Shown here piece after piece: positions 29,159 to 38,358 of a DNA stretch of 64,000 bases (its first letter is position 1; every line of letters begins with the position of its first letter). The stretch spans positions 5,031 to 69,030 of the forward strand of contig JBARHV010000127.1 in assembly GCA_049799415.1 (NCBI GenBank). The letters run 5' to 3'. The translations under genes were made by a program, and so were the position numbers. The notes under the pieces are model-generated. The model was not told the origin of the DNA and did no database searches. It saw only the letters and a program-made list of their open reading frames with translations. The DNA is from Silvibacterium sp. (GTDB taxonomy: Bacteria > Acidobacteriota > Terriglobia > Terriglobales > Acidobacteriaceae).

Positions 29159-29195
29159 GACAGTGTCGCTGGTTATCGCGGCGGAAAGGACACAC

Positions 29196-29501
29196 ATGAT
29201 CGCCAATGCCGCCTTCGTAGCCACCCTGATCTTTCTCGCGCTCGGTTTCTGGTCGATGCACGAGCTGCACTTCCTCGTGCCGTGGCGCAGCCTCATTCTG
29301 CACAGCTACCTCAAGAGCATCGTGCTTTACTGCTCTCTGCTCTTCGCCAACCTTCTCGGATTGACCGTCTGGATCGAGCGCAAGTTCTTCCTGCGCGATA
29401 CAGGCCGCAAGCTCCGGCATCTCGACCAGGAAATCCACACCCGACAAAGCGAGCTGTCCGATGAAATCCTCGCGCAGTTCGGGGATGAGGAGGAACACTG
29501 A
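29196..29501 (+). CDS. Hypothetical membrane protein
   Basis: Two TM segments; AGGA ribosome-binding site; first gene of a tightly coupled operon. Confidence 0.65.
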   Translation: MIANAAFVATLIFLALGFWSMHELHFLVPWRSLILHSYLKSIVLYCSLLFANLLGLTVWIERKFFLRDTGRKLRHLDQEIHTRQSELSDEILAQFGDEEEH

Positions 29502-29503
29502 CC

Positions 29504-29800
29504 ATGCTGAACGACGACGACCAGTACACGGAACGTACTCCCGACCTCGTCGCAAAAGTACGCAAGATGCGCAAGATCGCGGAGAAAGAGATGAACCGCT
29601 TTACCCGCGTGGCCGACTACGACGTGCACCGCGTAGTCGGCCACGGACCGAAGCCCGTACCGGCTGCTGACGAAACCGCAGCGCCAGCGCCGGCCCGCGA
29701 GCGTCCGAAAAAGTTCGGCGCGAAGACCGATGTCGCCCAGATCTCCATTGAATTCACGCCCGCTCCCGCGGAGGACGGCGATACCGAGGAGGAAGCATGA
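29504..29800 (+). CDS. Hypothetical protein
   Basis: GAGGAGG ribosome-binding site; ATGA overlap with the next gene. Confidence 0.6.
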   Translation: MLNDDDQYTERTPDLVAKVRKMRKIAEKEMNRFTRVADYDVHRVVGHGPKPVPAADETAAPAPARERPKKFGAKTDVAQISIEFTPAPAEDGDTEEEA

Positions 29801-30849
29801 GACTGGATATTCCTCAGAACGTTGTCCACCATCGGGACATTCCGCCCCAACCTCCCAAACCGGCGGAGCGGGAGCCGCATCCGATTCTGCGGCGCCTGGA
29901 AGCACTCTCGGAACGTGCCAGCGAATACAGATTGAACCATGAGCCGCCGCGACGCACCCGGTCTGCGCCCCGCTCCAATGCGCGCGAGGTACGTGTACAT
30001 CAGCAGGCGAAAGACCCACGCGAGGCTCCCGAAACCCGCCGCACCCGGCGCGACCGCATCCCTCCGCAGAGCATCGGCGTGCAACTGCGCCCAGAGGAAC
30101 GTCGAACCATGCTGGAGCTAGGACGCTTCCGCGTCGTCCGTACCGCCGACCTCGCCGATACGATCTACGACGGCAAACAGCGCAAGCTGGATAAGGATCT
30201 GAGCTATCTGCGCTCGAAAGGGCTGGTAGCCACCCAGCACATCAACCTTCGCCGCGATGGGAAACGCCGCAGTATCGAGCGGGTCGAGGTCGCCACGCTC
30301 ACCAAAAACGGTCGCGCCTGGCTCCGCAAGAGCGGTGAGGTTCCGAAAGGCCAAACCATCTACGCGGGATTCGTCAAGCCGCGCGAAATGGAGCATGACT
30401 CGCTCATCTACCGCGCCTACCGCAAGGAAGCGGAAAAGATCACGCAGCAGGGCGGCAGCAACCTCCGGGTGAAGCTCGACTTCGAGATCAAGTCCGAGGT
30501 GCAGAAGGCTATCCATGCGGAGCGCAAAGCGGACCCGCAGCGTGGCATGGCCGAGATCAAAGAGCAGGTTGCCAAGCGGCAGGAGCTGCCGTTTGTCCAT
30601 GGCCGCATCCAGATCCCCGATGCGCGGATCGAATATGACCGTGAACCAAAGCCCCGCGAGGACATAGACCAGGGTTCGCGCACCGGCCACGAAGACATAG
30701 AAGTATTGACCGCCGCTTACCGGCGCGGTCACCTGCGCGCCAAAGCACAGGCGGGTTTTCGTGCCTATACTGCCCGCGCCGATCGCGCTTCCGTTACCGC
30801 CAAGATCGAAGACGAACACCAGATGATGCGGGACATCCTCGACCTATGA
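29797..30849 (+). CDS. Replication-relaxation (Replic_Relax/MOB_C-like) relaxase candidate
   Basis: Winged-helix segment (YLRSKGLV...LTKNG), EHD, IPDARIEY and DIEV..AY in a PD-(D/E)xK-like layout; no HUH motif seen. Confidence 0.6.
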   Translation: MRLDIPQNVVHHRDIPPQPPKPAEREPHPILRRLEALSERASEYRLNHEPPRRTRSAPRSNAREVRVHQQAKDPREAPETRRTRRDRIPPQSIGVQLRPEERRTMLELGRFRVVRTADLADTIYDGKQRKLDKDLSYLRSKGLVATQHINLRRDGKRRSIERVEVATLTKNGRAWLRKSGEVPKGQTIYAGFVKPREMEHDSLIYRAYRKEAEKITQQGGSNLRVKLDFEIKSEVQKAIHAERKADPQRGMAEIKEQVAKRQELPFVHGRIQIPDARIEYDREPKPREDIDQGSRTGHEDIEVLTAAYRRGHLRAKAQAGFRAYTARADRASVTAKIEDEHQMMRDILDL

Positions 30850-31868
30850 GCCTTGGTTACGATCCCGTTCCGGTACTGGAGTCCGTGGGCTACACGGAAC
30901 GTGAGGCTGCATTTCTCTACCTGGTCGCTCTGCACTCCGGTTACTTCCTCCGCCGTCAGTATGACCGCTTCATCCAGCGTGAGCGCGGAGCCATTGCCGC
31001 TCAGCTCTTGCGCAAAGCGTTTGCACTTGGGCATCTCCAAAGCATCGCCTGCGGGCAGGCTCGCTTTGTTTATCACCTTGCCGCAAAAGAGGTGTATGCA
31101 GCGGTCGGGCTGGCTGCTTCGCAGCATCGCCGACTGAAGGGCGACGCACAGATCAAGTCCCGCCTCATGGTCTTGGACTTCGTCCTCGACCACCTCGACG
31201 GCTCTATCCTCGATTCGCCGGAGGCGAAGCTCGGCTATTTCACTCAGACGCACGGTCTCGATGAAGCAGTCCTCCCTCATGCGCCGAGGGGAGCTGCGCA
31301 TCTCTTCGCAGAAGAGTTCCCCATCCTTAATAAGGATGGCGAAGCTGTCCACTTCAGTTTCTTCGAGGAAGGCGCCCTTTCCAGCAGCGGCTTCGAGAAC
31401 TTCCTGCGCCGGTATCGCTCTCTCTTCACCGCGCTCTCCGGCTTCGAGCTGCTCTACCTCGCGGATTCCGACCGCAACTTTGAACGCGCCGGCAAGGTCT
31501 TCGCTTCTCGCTATCCAGAGAAGCGGGCGCGTGGCATCACCGCCATGACGCCCCGCGGCGTCGATCACTTCCTCGACTATCTCCGCGCCCGCGACAACTA
31601 CGACACGAAGAAACGTCCCGTCACCCTGCGCGACCTTGCGGTTTTGCGCGAAGGTGAACCCCTCTACATCACACTCGAACATCAGGCGCTGTGCTCCGCC
31701 TGGACCCTCGGCAGCACCGACGCCGAGCGCATCCGCCAACGATTCGAGCAGCAGGGGCCGCTGGCAAAGTTCACGACCGTCCTCATGCCGTATAGCTATC
31801 CGCTCCATCAGTTCAAGTTCGAGCGCAGTTCTCAGCGGGAGCTTGGGTCTAGCGCGCGGTCTAATTGA
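30846..31868 (+). CDS. Hypothetical ICE protein, possible relaxosome component
   Basis: 340 aa; ATGA-coupled to the relaxase candidate; helix-turn-helix-like N-terminus GYTEREAAFL. Confidence 0.6.
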   Translation: MSLGYDPVPVLESVGYTEREAAFLYLVALHSGYFLRRQYDRFIQRERGAIAAQLLRKAFALGHLQSIACGQARFVYHLAAKEVYAAVGLAASQHRRLKGDAQIKSRLMVLDFVLDHLDGSILDSPEAKLGYFTQTHGLDEAVLPHAPRGAAHLFAEEFPILNKDGEAVHFSFFEEGALSSSGFENFLRRYRSLFTALSGFELLYLADSDRNFERAGKVFASRYPEKRARGITAMTPRGVDHFLDYLRARDNYDTKKRPVTLRDLAVLREGEPLYITLEHQALCSAWTLGSTDAERIRQRFEQQGPLAKFTTVLMPYSYPLHQFKFERSSQRELGSSARSN

Positions 31869-31938
31869 TGGCCGCTCTTCAGAATGCAACCTATTCAGAA
31901 ATAGAGGCTTAGTGAAGAAGATGAGTAGGAGGAGTACA

Positions 31939-32165
31939 TGCCGGGGGTGGGAGCGACCCCAGTGCTCCGCACTTCCCGCGACGGCTCCGCCGCGCTGGTC
32001 GCTCCCACCCCCCCCGGCACACCGCGTATCCAGAAAATATCGAACGCGGATATTTCTCGGATCTGCGCTAGATACAGACCGGATCGGATCAGCGTTCTTC
32101 GCTGATCTAAATCGCATCTAGGCCGCATCCGGGACAGATACAAACCCGATCACAACCGCATCCAC
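31939..32165. other. Candidate oriT region
   Basis: About 20-bp inverted repeat (TGCCGGGGGTGGGAGCGACC / GGTCGCTCCCACCCCCCCCGGCA), GATCAGCG/CGCTGATC hairpin and AGATACA.ACC.GATC direct repeat; non-coding gap between the relaxase operon and the RHH/T4CP genes. Confidence 0.45.
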
Positions 32166-32175
32166 AGGAGAAACC

Positions 32176-32493
32176 ATGAGCAAGCTGAAACTCGAACACG
32201 GCGTCAGCCGGATACGCCGCGCCAAGCTGCAATCCTCCATCGACCAGACCGTAGCCGACGACGTCGAGCTATTGGCCGAGTGGTCGGACAATGAAATCAA
32301 CTATGTCGTTAATGAGCTGCTGCGCTTCGCGCTCACTCAGGAGGAAGACTTCCAGAAGTACAAGGCCAGCGCTGCCACGAATGTTGCGCGGGCTGCCAAC
32401 AGCGCAAAGTCTGCACTTGCATCCATCAAACCTGCATCCGAACCCGTTGCAAAAACGGATACCGCGACATCGGCTGTTGCGGCCCGCGCATAA
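32176..32493 (+). CDS. Small DNA-binding (RHH-like) protein
   Basis: AKLQSSID strand plus two helices (NYVVNELLRFAL); AGGAG ribosome-binding site; directly before the T4CP. Confidence 0.55.
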   Translation: MSKLKLEHGVSRIRRAKLQSSIDQTVADDVELLAEWSDNEINYVVNELLRFALTQEEDFQKYKASAATNVARAANSAKSALASIKPASEPVAKTDTATSAVAARA

Positions 32494-32508
32494 GAGAGAT
32501 AGTTACCT

Positions 32509-34545
32509 ATGCGCTTCACAGCATATCTTCAAAACATCGTCCGTTTACTGGTCGAGTATCGCGTTGCCCTTGCGCTGGGATTGAGTGCGGCCTGCGGCAT
32601 CATCCTCAACAGCATGTTTCCGATGGATACTGCAAATCCGCTGCTCCGCCTGATCGCGTTGGAGCGACCCCCCATCTTCACCGGACTGGTATGGAGCTAC
32701 GGTCTGTTTCTCTACAGCACGCCGTTCCTATCCTTCTCCATGCTGTTCTCGCTGCTGTACATCCATCTATATAGGAGCGAGGAGGAACTGGCGGCGGGAA
32801 CCTTGCCCCCGTATCCCGATCCGCATACCCGGACGGAGCTTTCCCTGGTGCTTGGCGAAGTCCACCGGCAGCTTACGCCGAACCCCAGCCCGGCTCCACA
32901 GTGGTTATCCATCCCCGAACGCGGACTCTACACCGGCATCGCGTCCTTCGGTTCTATCGGGAGTGGCAAAACCTATGGGCTGATTTTGCCAGCGATGCGC
33001 CAGCTATTCGCGTATCGCGCCAACGATCCGGCACGGAGGTTGTCAGGCATCGTTCTGGAAGTCAAAGGCGATCTCTGCCGTCAGCTTCGGCGCATCCTCA
33101 AATGGTGTGGGCGGGAGCAGGACTACGTCGAAGTTTCGCTCGACGGCGACATTCGCTATAACCCGCTCAACAACTCACTCGATGCCTATGCCCAAGCATT
33201 CAATATCGCATCCATCATCACGTCGATATGGGGCAAGGGCAAGGAACCGTTCTGGCAGCAAAGCTACACGGATTTGGTCCGATACGTGATCCTGCTGCAC
33301 CGCATCCGCGATGGATACCTCACGATGGTCGATCTCTTCCGCACCGTCATCAGCGCGGGGAAGCTCGAAGAGATGTTGACTGAGGTTGGCTCTCGCTTCA
33401 GCACGGCCAGCTATATCGGCATCAGCAAAGAAGCGTATCGGGAATACGGAGCCGTGCTATTGAGGCTGGGCTTCGAGTGGAATAAGGATGCGGGTCTCTA
33501 CCTGAGCGCATGGACCGAGACCTTGGAGAACTCGCTCATCCGGGAAACCTCCGCAGCCTTCGATGTCTTCACTCGCAAACCCTACCGGCCGGAGCAGCGC
33601 GACCGCTTCGACAGCATCCAGTATTGGTATTGGGAGCACTGGAAGTTCTTTCGCTCCGAGGTCAAGACCTCCATCATCCAGGGCATCGTCGTCTTCCTCT
33701 CGCTCTTCGAGACCGACCCGGATGTGCGCCGCGTCTTCTGTCCGCCGAAGGAACTCTACGATGGCAAGCCATGCGCCGCCGATCCGCAGGGTATCGTCCT
33801 GCCGCCGTTCGACGAACTCATTGAATCGGGCGCAGTCGTGGGTCTGAACTTTCCTGTGGCCCTGAATCCGGCGCTCGCCAAGACCATCGGCACCATGATG
33901 AAGATCGACTATCAGCGGGCCGTGCAGTTGCGTATTCCCAGGATGGACGCTCATCCCGAAAGGCACTTCCGCCCCACCGTCTTCATCTGCGATGAGTACC
34001 AGAACTTCGCTACGGTCGGTGGCGACAACCCCACAGGCGACGAACGCTTCCTCTCCATTTCGCGCCAACCGAAGTGCATTCCCATCGTGGCTACACAGAG
34101 CATCTCCAGCCTCAAAGACGCGCTGCCGAATGAGGGCGTCAAGACTCTGTTGCAGGCCCTCCGCAACAAGGTCTTTCTCACGACCACCGACCCGGAGACA
34201 GCCCGATATGCCTCAGAGCTGTGCGGCAAGGCGGATCGCACCCGTATCAGCTACACCGTCTCCGAGTCCTCCACCAACGCCAACGTAAGTTGGCTTTCGG
34301 GCAGGACATCGTCCAGTAAAGGTTCCGTCTCCGCCTCCAAGCAGTACCAGAAACACAAAGAGCCGCTCTTCGAGGAAAAGGCCTTCTTCGACCTCAAGAA
34401 TGCGCAGTCCGTGGTCGTCGTCTTCGATGGCGTCGCTCCTTTGCCGCCAACTTATTGCTATCTCAAGCCGGACTTCCTACCCGTCACCATGAGCTGGTTC
34501 GATCAGGAGCAGATTGACTTTGAACCCGAAAGGATAAGTTTGTGA
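32509..34545 (+). CDS. Type IV coupling protein (VirD4/TraD-like)
   Basis: Two N-terminal TMs, GSIGSGKT, FICDEYQ, ATQSISSL. Confidence 0.88.
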   Translation: MRFTAYLQNIVRLLVEYRVALALGLSAACGIILNSMFPMDTANPLLRLIALERPPIFTGLVWSYGLFLYSTPFLSFSMLFSLLYIHLYRSEEELAAGTLPPYPDPHTRTELSLVLGEVHRQLTPNPSPAPQWLSIPERGLYTGIASFGSIGSGKTYGLILPAMRQLFAYRANDPARRLSGIVLEVKGDLCRQLRRILKWCGREQDYVEVSLDGDIRYNPLNNSLDAYAQAFNIASIITSIWGKGKEPFWQQSYTDLVRYVILLHRIRDGYLTMVDLFRTVISAGKLEEMLTEVGSRFSTASYIGISKEAYREYGAVLLRLGFEWNKDAGLYLSAWTETLENSLIRETSAAFDVFTRKPYRPEQRDRFDSIQYWYWEHWKFFRSEVKTSIIQGIVVFLSLFETDPDVRRVFCPPKELYDGKPCAADPQGIVLPPFDELIESGAVVGLNFPVALNPALAKTIGTMMKIDYQRAVQLRIPRMDAHPERHFRPTVFICDEYQNFATVGGDNPTGDERFLSISRQPKCIPIVATQSISSLKDALPNEGVKTLLQALRNKVFLTTTDPETARYASELCGKADRTRISYTVSESSTNANVSWLSGRTSSSKGSVSASKQYQKHKEPLFEEKAFFDLKNAQSVVVVFDGVAPLPPTYCYLKPDFLPVTMSWFDQEQIDFEPERISL

Positions 34546-35477
34546 GCTTCGAGATCATTATTCCGTTCCTAAGTCCGATCCAACCCCAACTCGAATCTGA
34601 AACTGTCTCCGAGATCATGGTGAATCCCGATTCGTCCGTTTGGATTGAGGAAGGAAGTGAGATCCGGCGACTACCGGACATCCAATTTGAGGACGGCGCG
34701 TTATTGGCTGGCCTTGAAGTGATTGCCAACCGCTTCGGCAAGAAGCTGGATGCGGATTCACCCATCATGAATTTGCGGCTTCCGGACGGTAGCCGCCTCG
34801 CCGCAGCCATCCCTCCCATTGTTCATCCGCACCCGCTGCTGACAATCCGCAGATTTACCTCACGGAATTTCACGATGAACGACCTGACAGAGAGCGGTAT
34901 GCTGACACCGGAGCAGGCGAAAATGCTTTCTGAAGCAGTCCGGCGTGGCGACAATCTGCTGATTTCGGGCGGAACCGGCACCGGCAAAACTACACTGCTC
35001 AATGTCCTTGCCGACGCCATCCCGGAGCGTGAACGCATCTTGATGATTGAGGATACCGCTGAGCTGCATCTCCGCAAGCCACATGTAGTAGCCCAGGAGG
35101 CTCAGACCGATACCCATCGGAAGCCCATTACTTTCGACGATCTGCTGAAAGCAGCATTGCGTCATCGGCCCGACCGCATCATCCTCGGCGAAATTCGTGG
35201 GACTGAAGCCCGCACTTTGCTGGACGCCATGAACACAGGTCACCGTGGAGCAATGGCAACCATCCACGCCAGTAGCGCAAATGGAGCTTTAGTCCGGCTA
35301 CGCACTCTGCTCATGCGAGGGATGGGTTCTTTGAGACTTGAAGAGGCCGACGCTGAAATTCATTCGTCGATCGACCGCGTGGTTCATATCGAACGTCACG
35401 GGCCGCAACGGCAGATCCAGGAAATCCTAGACGTCAAGCCTGGCCTGCGGGATGATTTGAACCGAAGAGATAGTTAG
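34542..35477 (+). CDS. VirB11/CpaF family ATPase
   Basis: SEIMVN, GGTGTGKTT, IEDTAEL, RPDRIILGEIRG, NTGH.G..TIHA. Confidence 0.93.
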   Translation: MSFEIIIPFLSPIQPQLESETVSEIMVNPDSSVWIEEGSEIRRLPDIQFEDGALLAGLEVIANRFGKKLDADSPIMNLRLPDGSRLAAAIPPIVHPHPLLTIRRFTSRNFTMNDLTESGMLTPEQAKMLSEAVRRGDNLLISGGTGTGKTTLLNVLADAIPERERILMIEDTAELHLRKPHVVAQEAQTDTHRKPITFDDLLKAALRHRPDRIILGEIRGTEARTLLDAMNTGHRGAMATIHASSANGALVRLRTLLMRGMGSLRLEEADAEIHSSIDRVVHIERHGPQRQIQEILDVKPGLRDDLNRRDS

Positions 35478-35507
35478 TTTAGCGCAGCTATTTCTGAGTT
35501 CAAGTAG

Positions 35508-35687
35508 CCGCCGTCGTCAGAGGTGTGGAGAAGTGGAAACGCGCAGCGGTTACGCGAACGAGTCGAACTCGGACCTCAACAACTCTTCGGGTTAGTCGGC
35601 GTCGGGCTCAGCAATTTTCAACTTGACGTGGAGTCTCCTCTTTTTGAGAACAGAGACGCCGCGGTGAGTGCAGAGCTATCAGTTTAG
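35508..35687 (+). pseudogene. 3' remnant of a Y-family DNA polymerase IV gene
   Basis: Start-less frame LRERVELGPQQLFGLVGVGLSNF...SPLFE resembles the little-finger end (RLVGVG.S) plus a clamp-binding-like LF tail. Confidence 0.6.
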
Positions 35688-35735
35688 ATTGCGCGGTCAC
35701 CAACGCTAGACAATCTCGGAAAGCCGCCGCAGAAA

Positions 35736-36167
35736 TTAACGTTGTTCCTCTCGGACATATTCGTTTGCCTCACTGATTGGAAACCAGCGGCCACGATCCA
35801 CTTCAGGGATTTCGAGACGATGTCCAGATCTCGGGGGCCATTCGATCTCACAGGTATTGCTCGTCAATTCAGCCGGATCGCAATCGCCTTCAAATGCCCA
35901 TGCGTTCACAAGCTTGCCGTTCTTCTGTTTGATCGAGCCCAGGTCGAGAAATTTTCCGGTCGCGTGAAAGCCGGTCTCCTCTTTAAACTCGCGTCGTGCA
36001 GCGACGAGTGGATTCTCGTCCAGCTCATATTCACCCTTCGGAATCGTCCACGCGCTTTTGTCTTTCTTTGCCCAGATCGGTCCTCCAGGATGAACCAGGA
36101 AGACTTCCGGCTCGCCGGCCAATCGGCGATACATCAACAAACCTGCGCTTCGTTTCGGCATTCGCAA
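35736..36167 (-). CDS. NUDIX hydrolase, possibly C-terminally truncated
   Basis: WTIPKGE...AARREFKEETG Nudix box; LVHPGGP, EWPPRSG. Confidence 0.88.
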   Translation of the reverse strand: MRMPKRSAGLLMYRRLAGEPEVFLVHPGGPIWAKKDKSAWTIPKGEYELDENPLVAARREFKEETGFHATGKFLDLGSIKQKNGKLVNAWAFEGDCDPAELTSNTCEIEWPPRSGHRLEIPEVDRGRWFPISEANEYVREEQR

Positions 36168-36259
36168 CCTAAATGTCTCTACAAGATTTTCTCATCCGTT
36201 TGCGAGATGCACACATTTGGGATTGCGTCGGCTACCAGACAACATGCAAGCTGATATCT

Positions 36260-37159
36260 GTGCCGGAGCTACCCGACATCGCCGCCTATCTCAGTGCGCT
36301 GGAGACGCGCATTGTTGGCCAGCCGCTCGAACGAATACGCCTGGCCAATGCATTCCTATTGCGGACGGTACAGCCACCTATCGAATCAATCGAAGGCCAT
36401 ACGGTTCGGATCCTGCGACGGATTGGGAAGCGGATCGCCGTCGAGTTCGATAATGGGATATGGATGGTGTTGCACCTGATGATAGCGGGGCGCCTTCACT
36501 GGGGACCTGTGGGAGCGAAACTCGGTGGACGCAATAACCTTGCCGCTTTCGACTTTCCCAATGGCTCGCTTGTGCTCACTGAGGCAGGAGCCAAGCGTCG
36601 GGCCTCGCTTCATCTGTTTCGGAACGAAGCAGAGATGCAAACCATTGATCCCGGGGGCGTCGATGTCTTTGGTGTTGATCTTGATGGGTTCCGTGCTGCA
36701 CTTATTGCAGAGAATCGAACACTGAAACGAGCACTGACCGATCCACGCATCCTCAGCGGGATCGGTAACGCTTACTCAGATGAGATCCTATACGCAGCCC
36801 AGCTCTCGCCCATCTTACAAACTCATAAATTGACATCGGAGGAATGGGAACGACTCTTTACGGCGACGCGCGAAACGTTGCATCTCTGGATCGACCGACT
36901 GAAAGCAGAGGCAAGTAAGGACTTCCCGGAGAAAGTCACAGCCTTTAGGAAAGACATGCTGGTCCATGGACGCTTCGGGCAGCCCTGTCCACGATGTGGC
37001 CAGCCGGTGCAACGTATTCGCTATGCCGATAACGAGACGAACTACTGCGCTCAGTGTCAGACCGGAGGCAAGATCTTGGCAGATCGGAGCCTGTCCCGGC
37101 TCCTTGGAAAAGACTGGCCGCGGACACTGGATGAACTGGAAGCGCTAAAGAGGCGCTAA
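36260..37159 (+). CDS. Fpg/Nei family DNA glycosylase
   Basis: GTG start giving N-terminal PELP, HLMIAG, GIGNAYSDEIL H2TH motif, CPRC...CAQCQ zinc finger. Confidence 0.92.
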   Translation: MPELPDIAAYLSALETRIVGQPLERIRLANAFLLRTVQPPIESIEGHTVRILRRIGKRIAVEFDNGIWMVLHLMIAGRLHWGPVGAKLGGRNNLAAFDFPNGSLVLTEAGAKRRASLHLFRNEAEMQTIDPGGVDVFGVDLDGFRAALIAENRTLKRALTDPRILSGIGNAYSDEILYAAQLSPILQTHKLTSEEWERLFTATRETLHLWIDRLKAEASKDFPEKVTAFRKDMLVHGRFGQPCPRCGQPVQRIRYADNETNYCAQCQTGGKILADRSLSRLLGKDWPRTLDELEALKRR

Positions 37160-37276
37160 CTTCATCCCACGTTCCTCTCTGATAAACCCACGAGAGGGTC
37201 GCTGCCTTTCTGAAAAATAAGCTGCTTATTTTCAATAAGAATCAAGCGATTGCACAGCGATTAAGGCAAAGCCTGT

Positions 37277-37314
37277 TTGACAGCTTTAAACCGTGAGGCG
37301 AATATAAGGCGAAT
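37277..37314 (+). promoter_or_regulatory. imuA promoter with candidate LexA box
   Basis: TTGACA at 37277-37282; direct repeat AGGCGAAT at 37296 and 37307 (GAAT-N7-GAAT). Confidence 0.6.
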
Positions 37315-37320
37315 ACGCTC

Positions 37321-38358
37321 ATGCCTAACGCCGCTCCCTTACGTGCCCAGATCGAAGCCGCACTCGCTCACCGTATTCCCTCTGCGCTGACCCCAGCGCG
37401 GAGGATCATTCGGCCCATAGCACCGACTGGAGTTGCGGCAGTGGATGGACTACTCGAAGGTGGATTGCCGGTCGGGGCAATCACCGAGATGGTTGGCCCG
37501 GAATCGAGCGGTCGAACAGCAGTTGCGCTTTCGTTCTTGAGCAATTTCACCCAGGCCGGCAAAGTTTGCGCTTGGGTGGACGTTTCCGATGCGCTCGCAC
37601 CAGAGTCCGTAGCGGCGTCGGGCGTTGATCTCGCGCGGCTTCTCTGGGCACGCTGTGGGGCTTCTAAGCCTGTGCCGAAGCCCCCCGCCGCCGTCAAGTT
37701 TTCTTTGCCGGACAAGTACCTGATCTCCGCGCCCGCCAAGAAGGGACTGCATGGCGGAGGCTGCGGCGGGCATCCCCGCAATGAAACGAAGGGGCTGCCG
37801 GAAGCGGTCAGCGGCCTACTTCGCCCAGAGGCCATCGCACCCCGGTGCGCAGAACCGCAGCCGAAAGTGCGAGCGGAGCGGGAGATCTTCGCGCCACAAC
37901 TTCAGCCGAGTGCACCGTACAGGAACGCGCGCGTAATTCCCGGCAAGCCGTGGGGTCGCATCGAGCAAGCATTGCACGTCACGGACCTGCTATTGCAGGC
38001 GGGCGGTTTCAGCGCCATCGTGCTCGACATGGCAAGTGTCGCTCCGGAGCACGCTTCCCGCGTGCCGCTTGCAACATGGTTTCGCTATCGTGCGGCGGCG
38101 GAACGGACGCAGGCAAGCTTCCTTCTCCTGACACAGCATCCATGCGCCAAAAGCAGCGGTGAGCTGCTCCTCCGATTCCAATCGGGAGAGGTGCGCCAGG
38201 ATGAGGCTACCGTTTTTACGGGCATCAAGCATCGCCTCGAAATCGAGCGCAGTCGCTTCACGCAGGCGCTTGCGAACGTGATCCCTCTCCGCAAGCCGCC
38301 GCACAGCGTTTGCGCCGCGCAGTGGAGGAGCCAGACCTCCTGGGCAGGTGCGCGGTGA
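37321..38358 (+). CDS. imuA: RecA-like ImuA protein
   Basis: LEGGLPVGAITEMVGPESSGRT, AWVD, GVDLARLLW; first gene of the mutagenesis cassette. Confidence 0.82.
   Translation: MPNAAPLRAQIEAALAHRIPSALTPARRIIRPIAPTGVAAVDGLLEGGLPVGAITEMVGPESSGRTAVALSFLSNFTQAGKVCAWVDVSDALAPESVAASGVDLARLLWARCGASKPVPKPPAAVKFSLPDKYLISAPAKKGLHGGGCGGHPRNETKGLPEAVSGLLRPEAIAPRCAEPQPKVRAEREIFAPQLQPSAPYRNARVIPGKPWGRIEQALHVTDLLLQAGGFSAIVLDMASVAPEHASRVPLATWFRYRAAAERTQASFLLLTQHPCAKSSGELLLRFQSGEVRQDEATVFTGIKHRLEIERSRFTQALANVIPLRKPPHSVCAAQWRSQTSWAGAR

Noticed and set aside
30765..32117. 450-aa minus-strand ORF
   Set aside because: Antisense shadow of the coupled plus-strand gene 30846..31868; no recognisable motifs.
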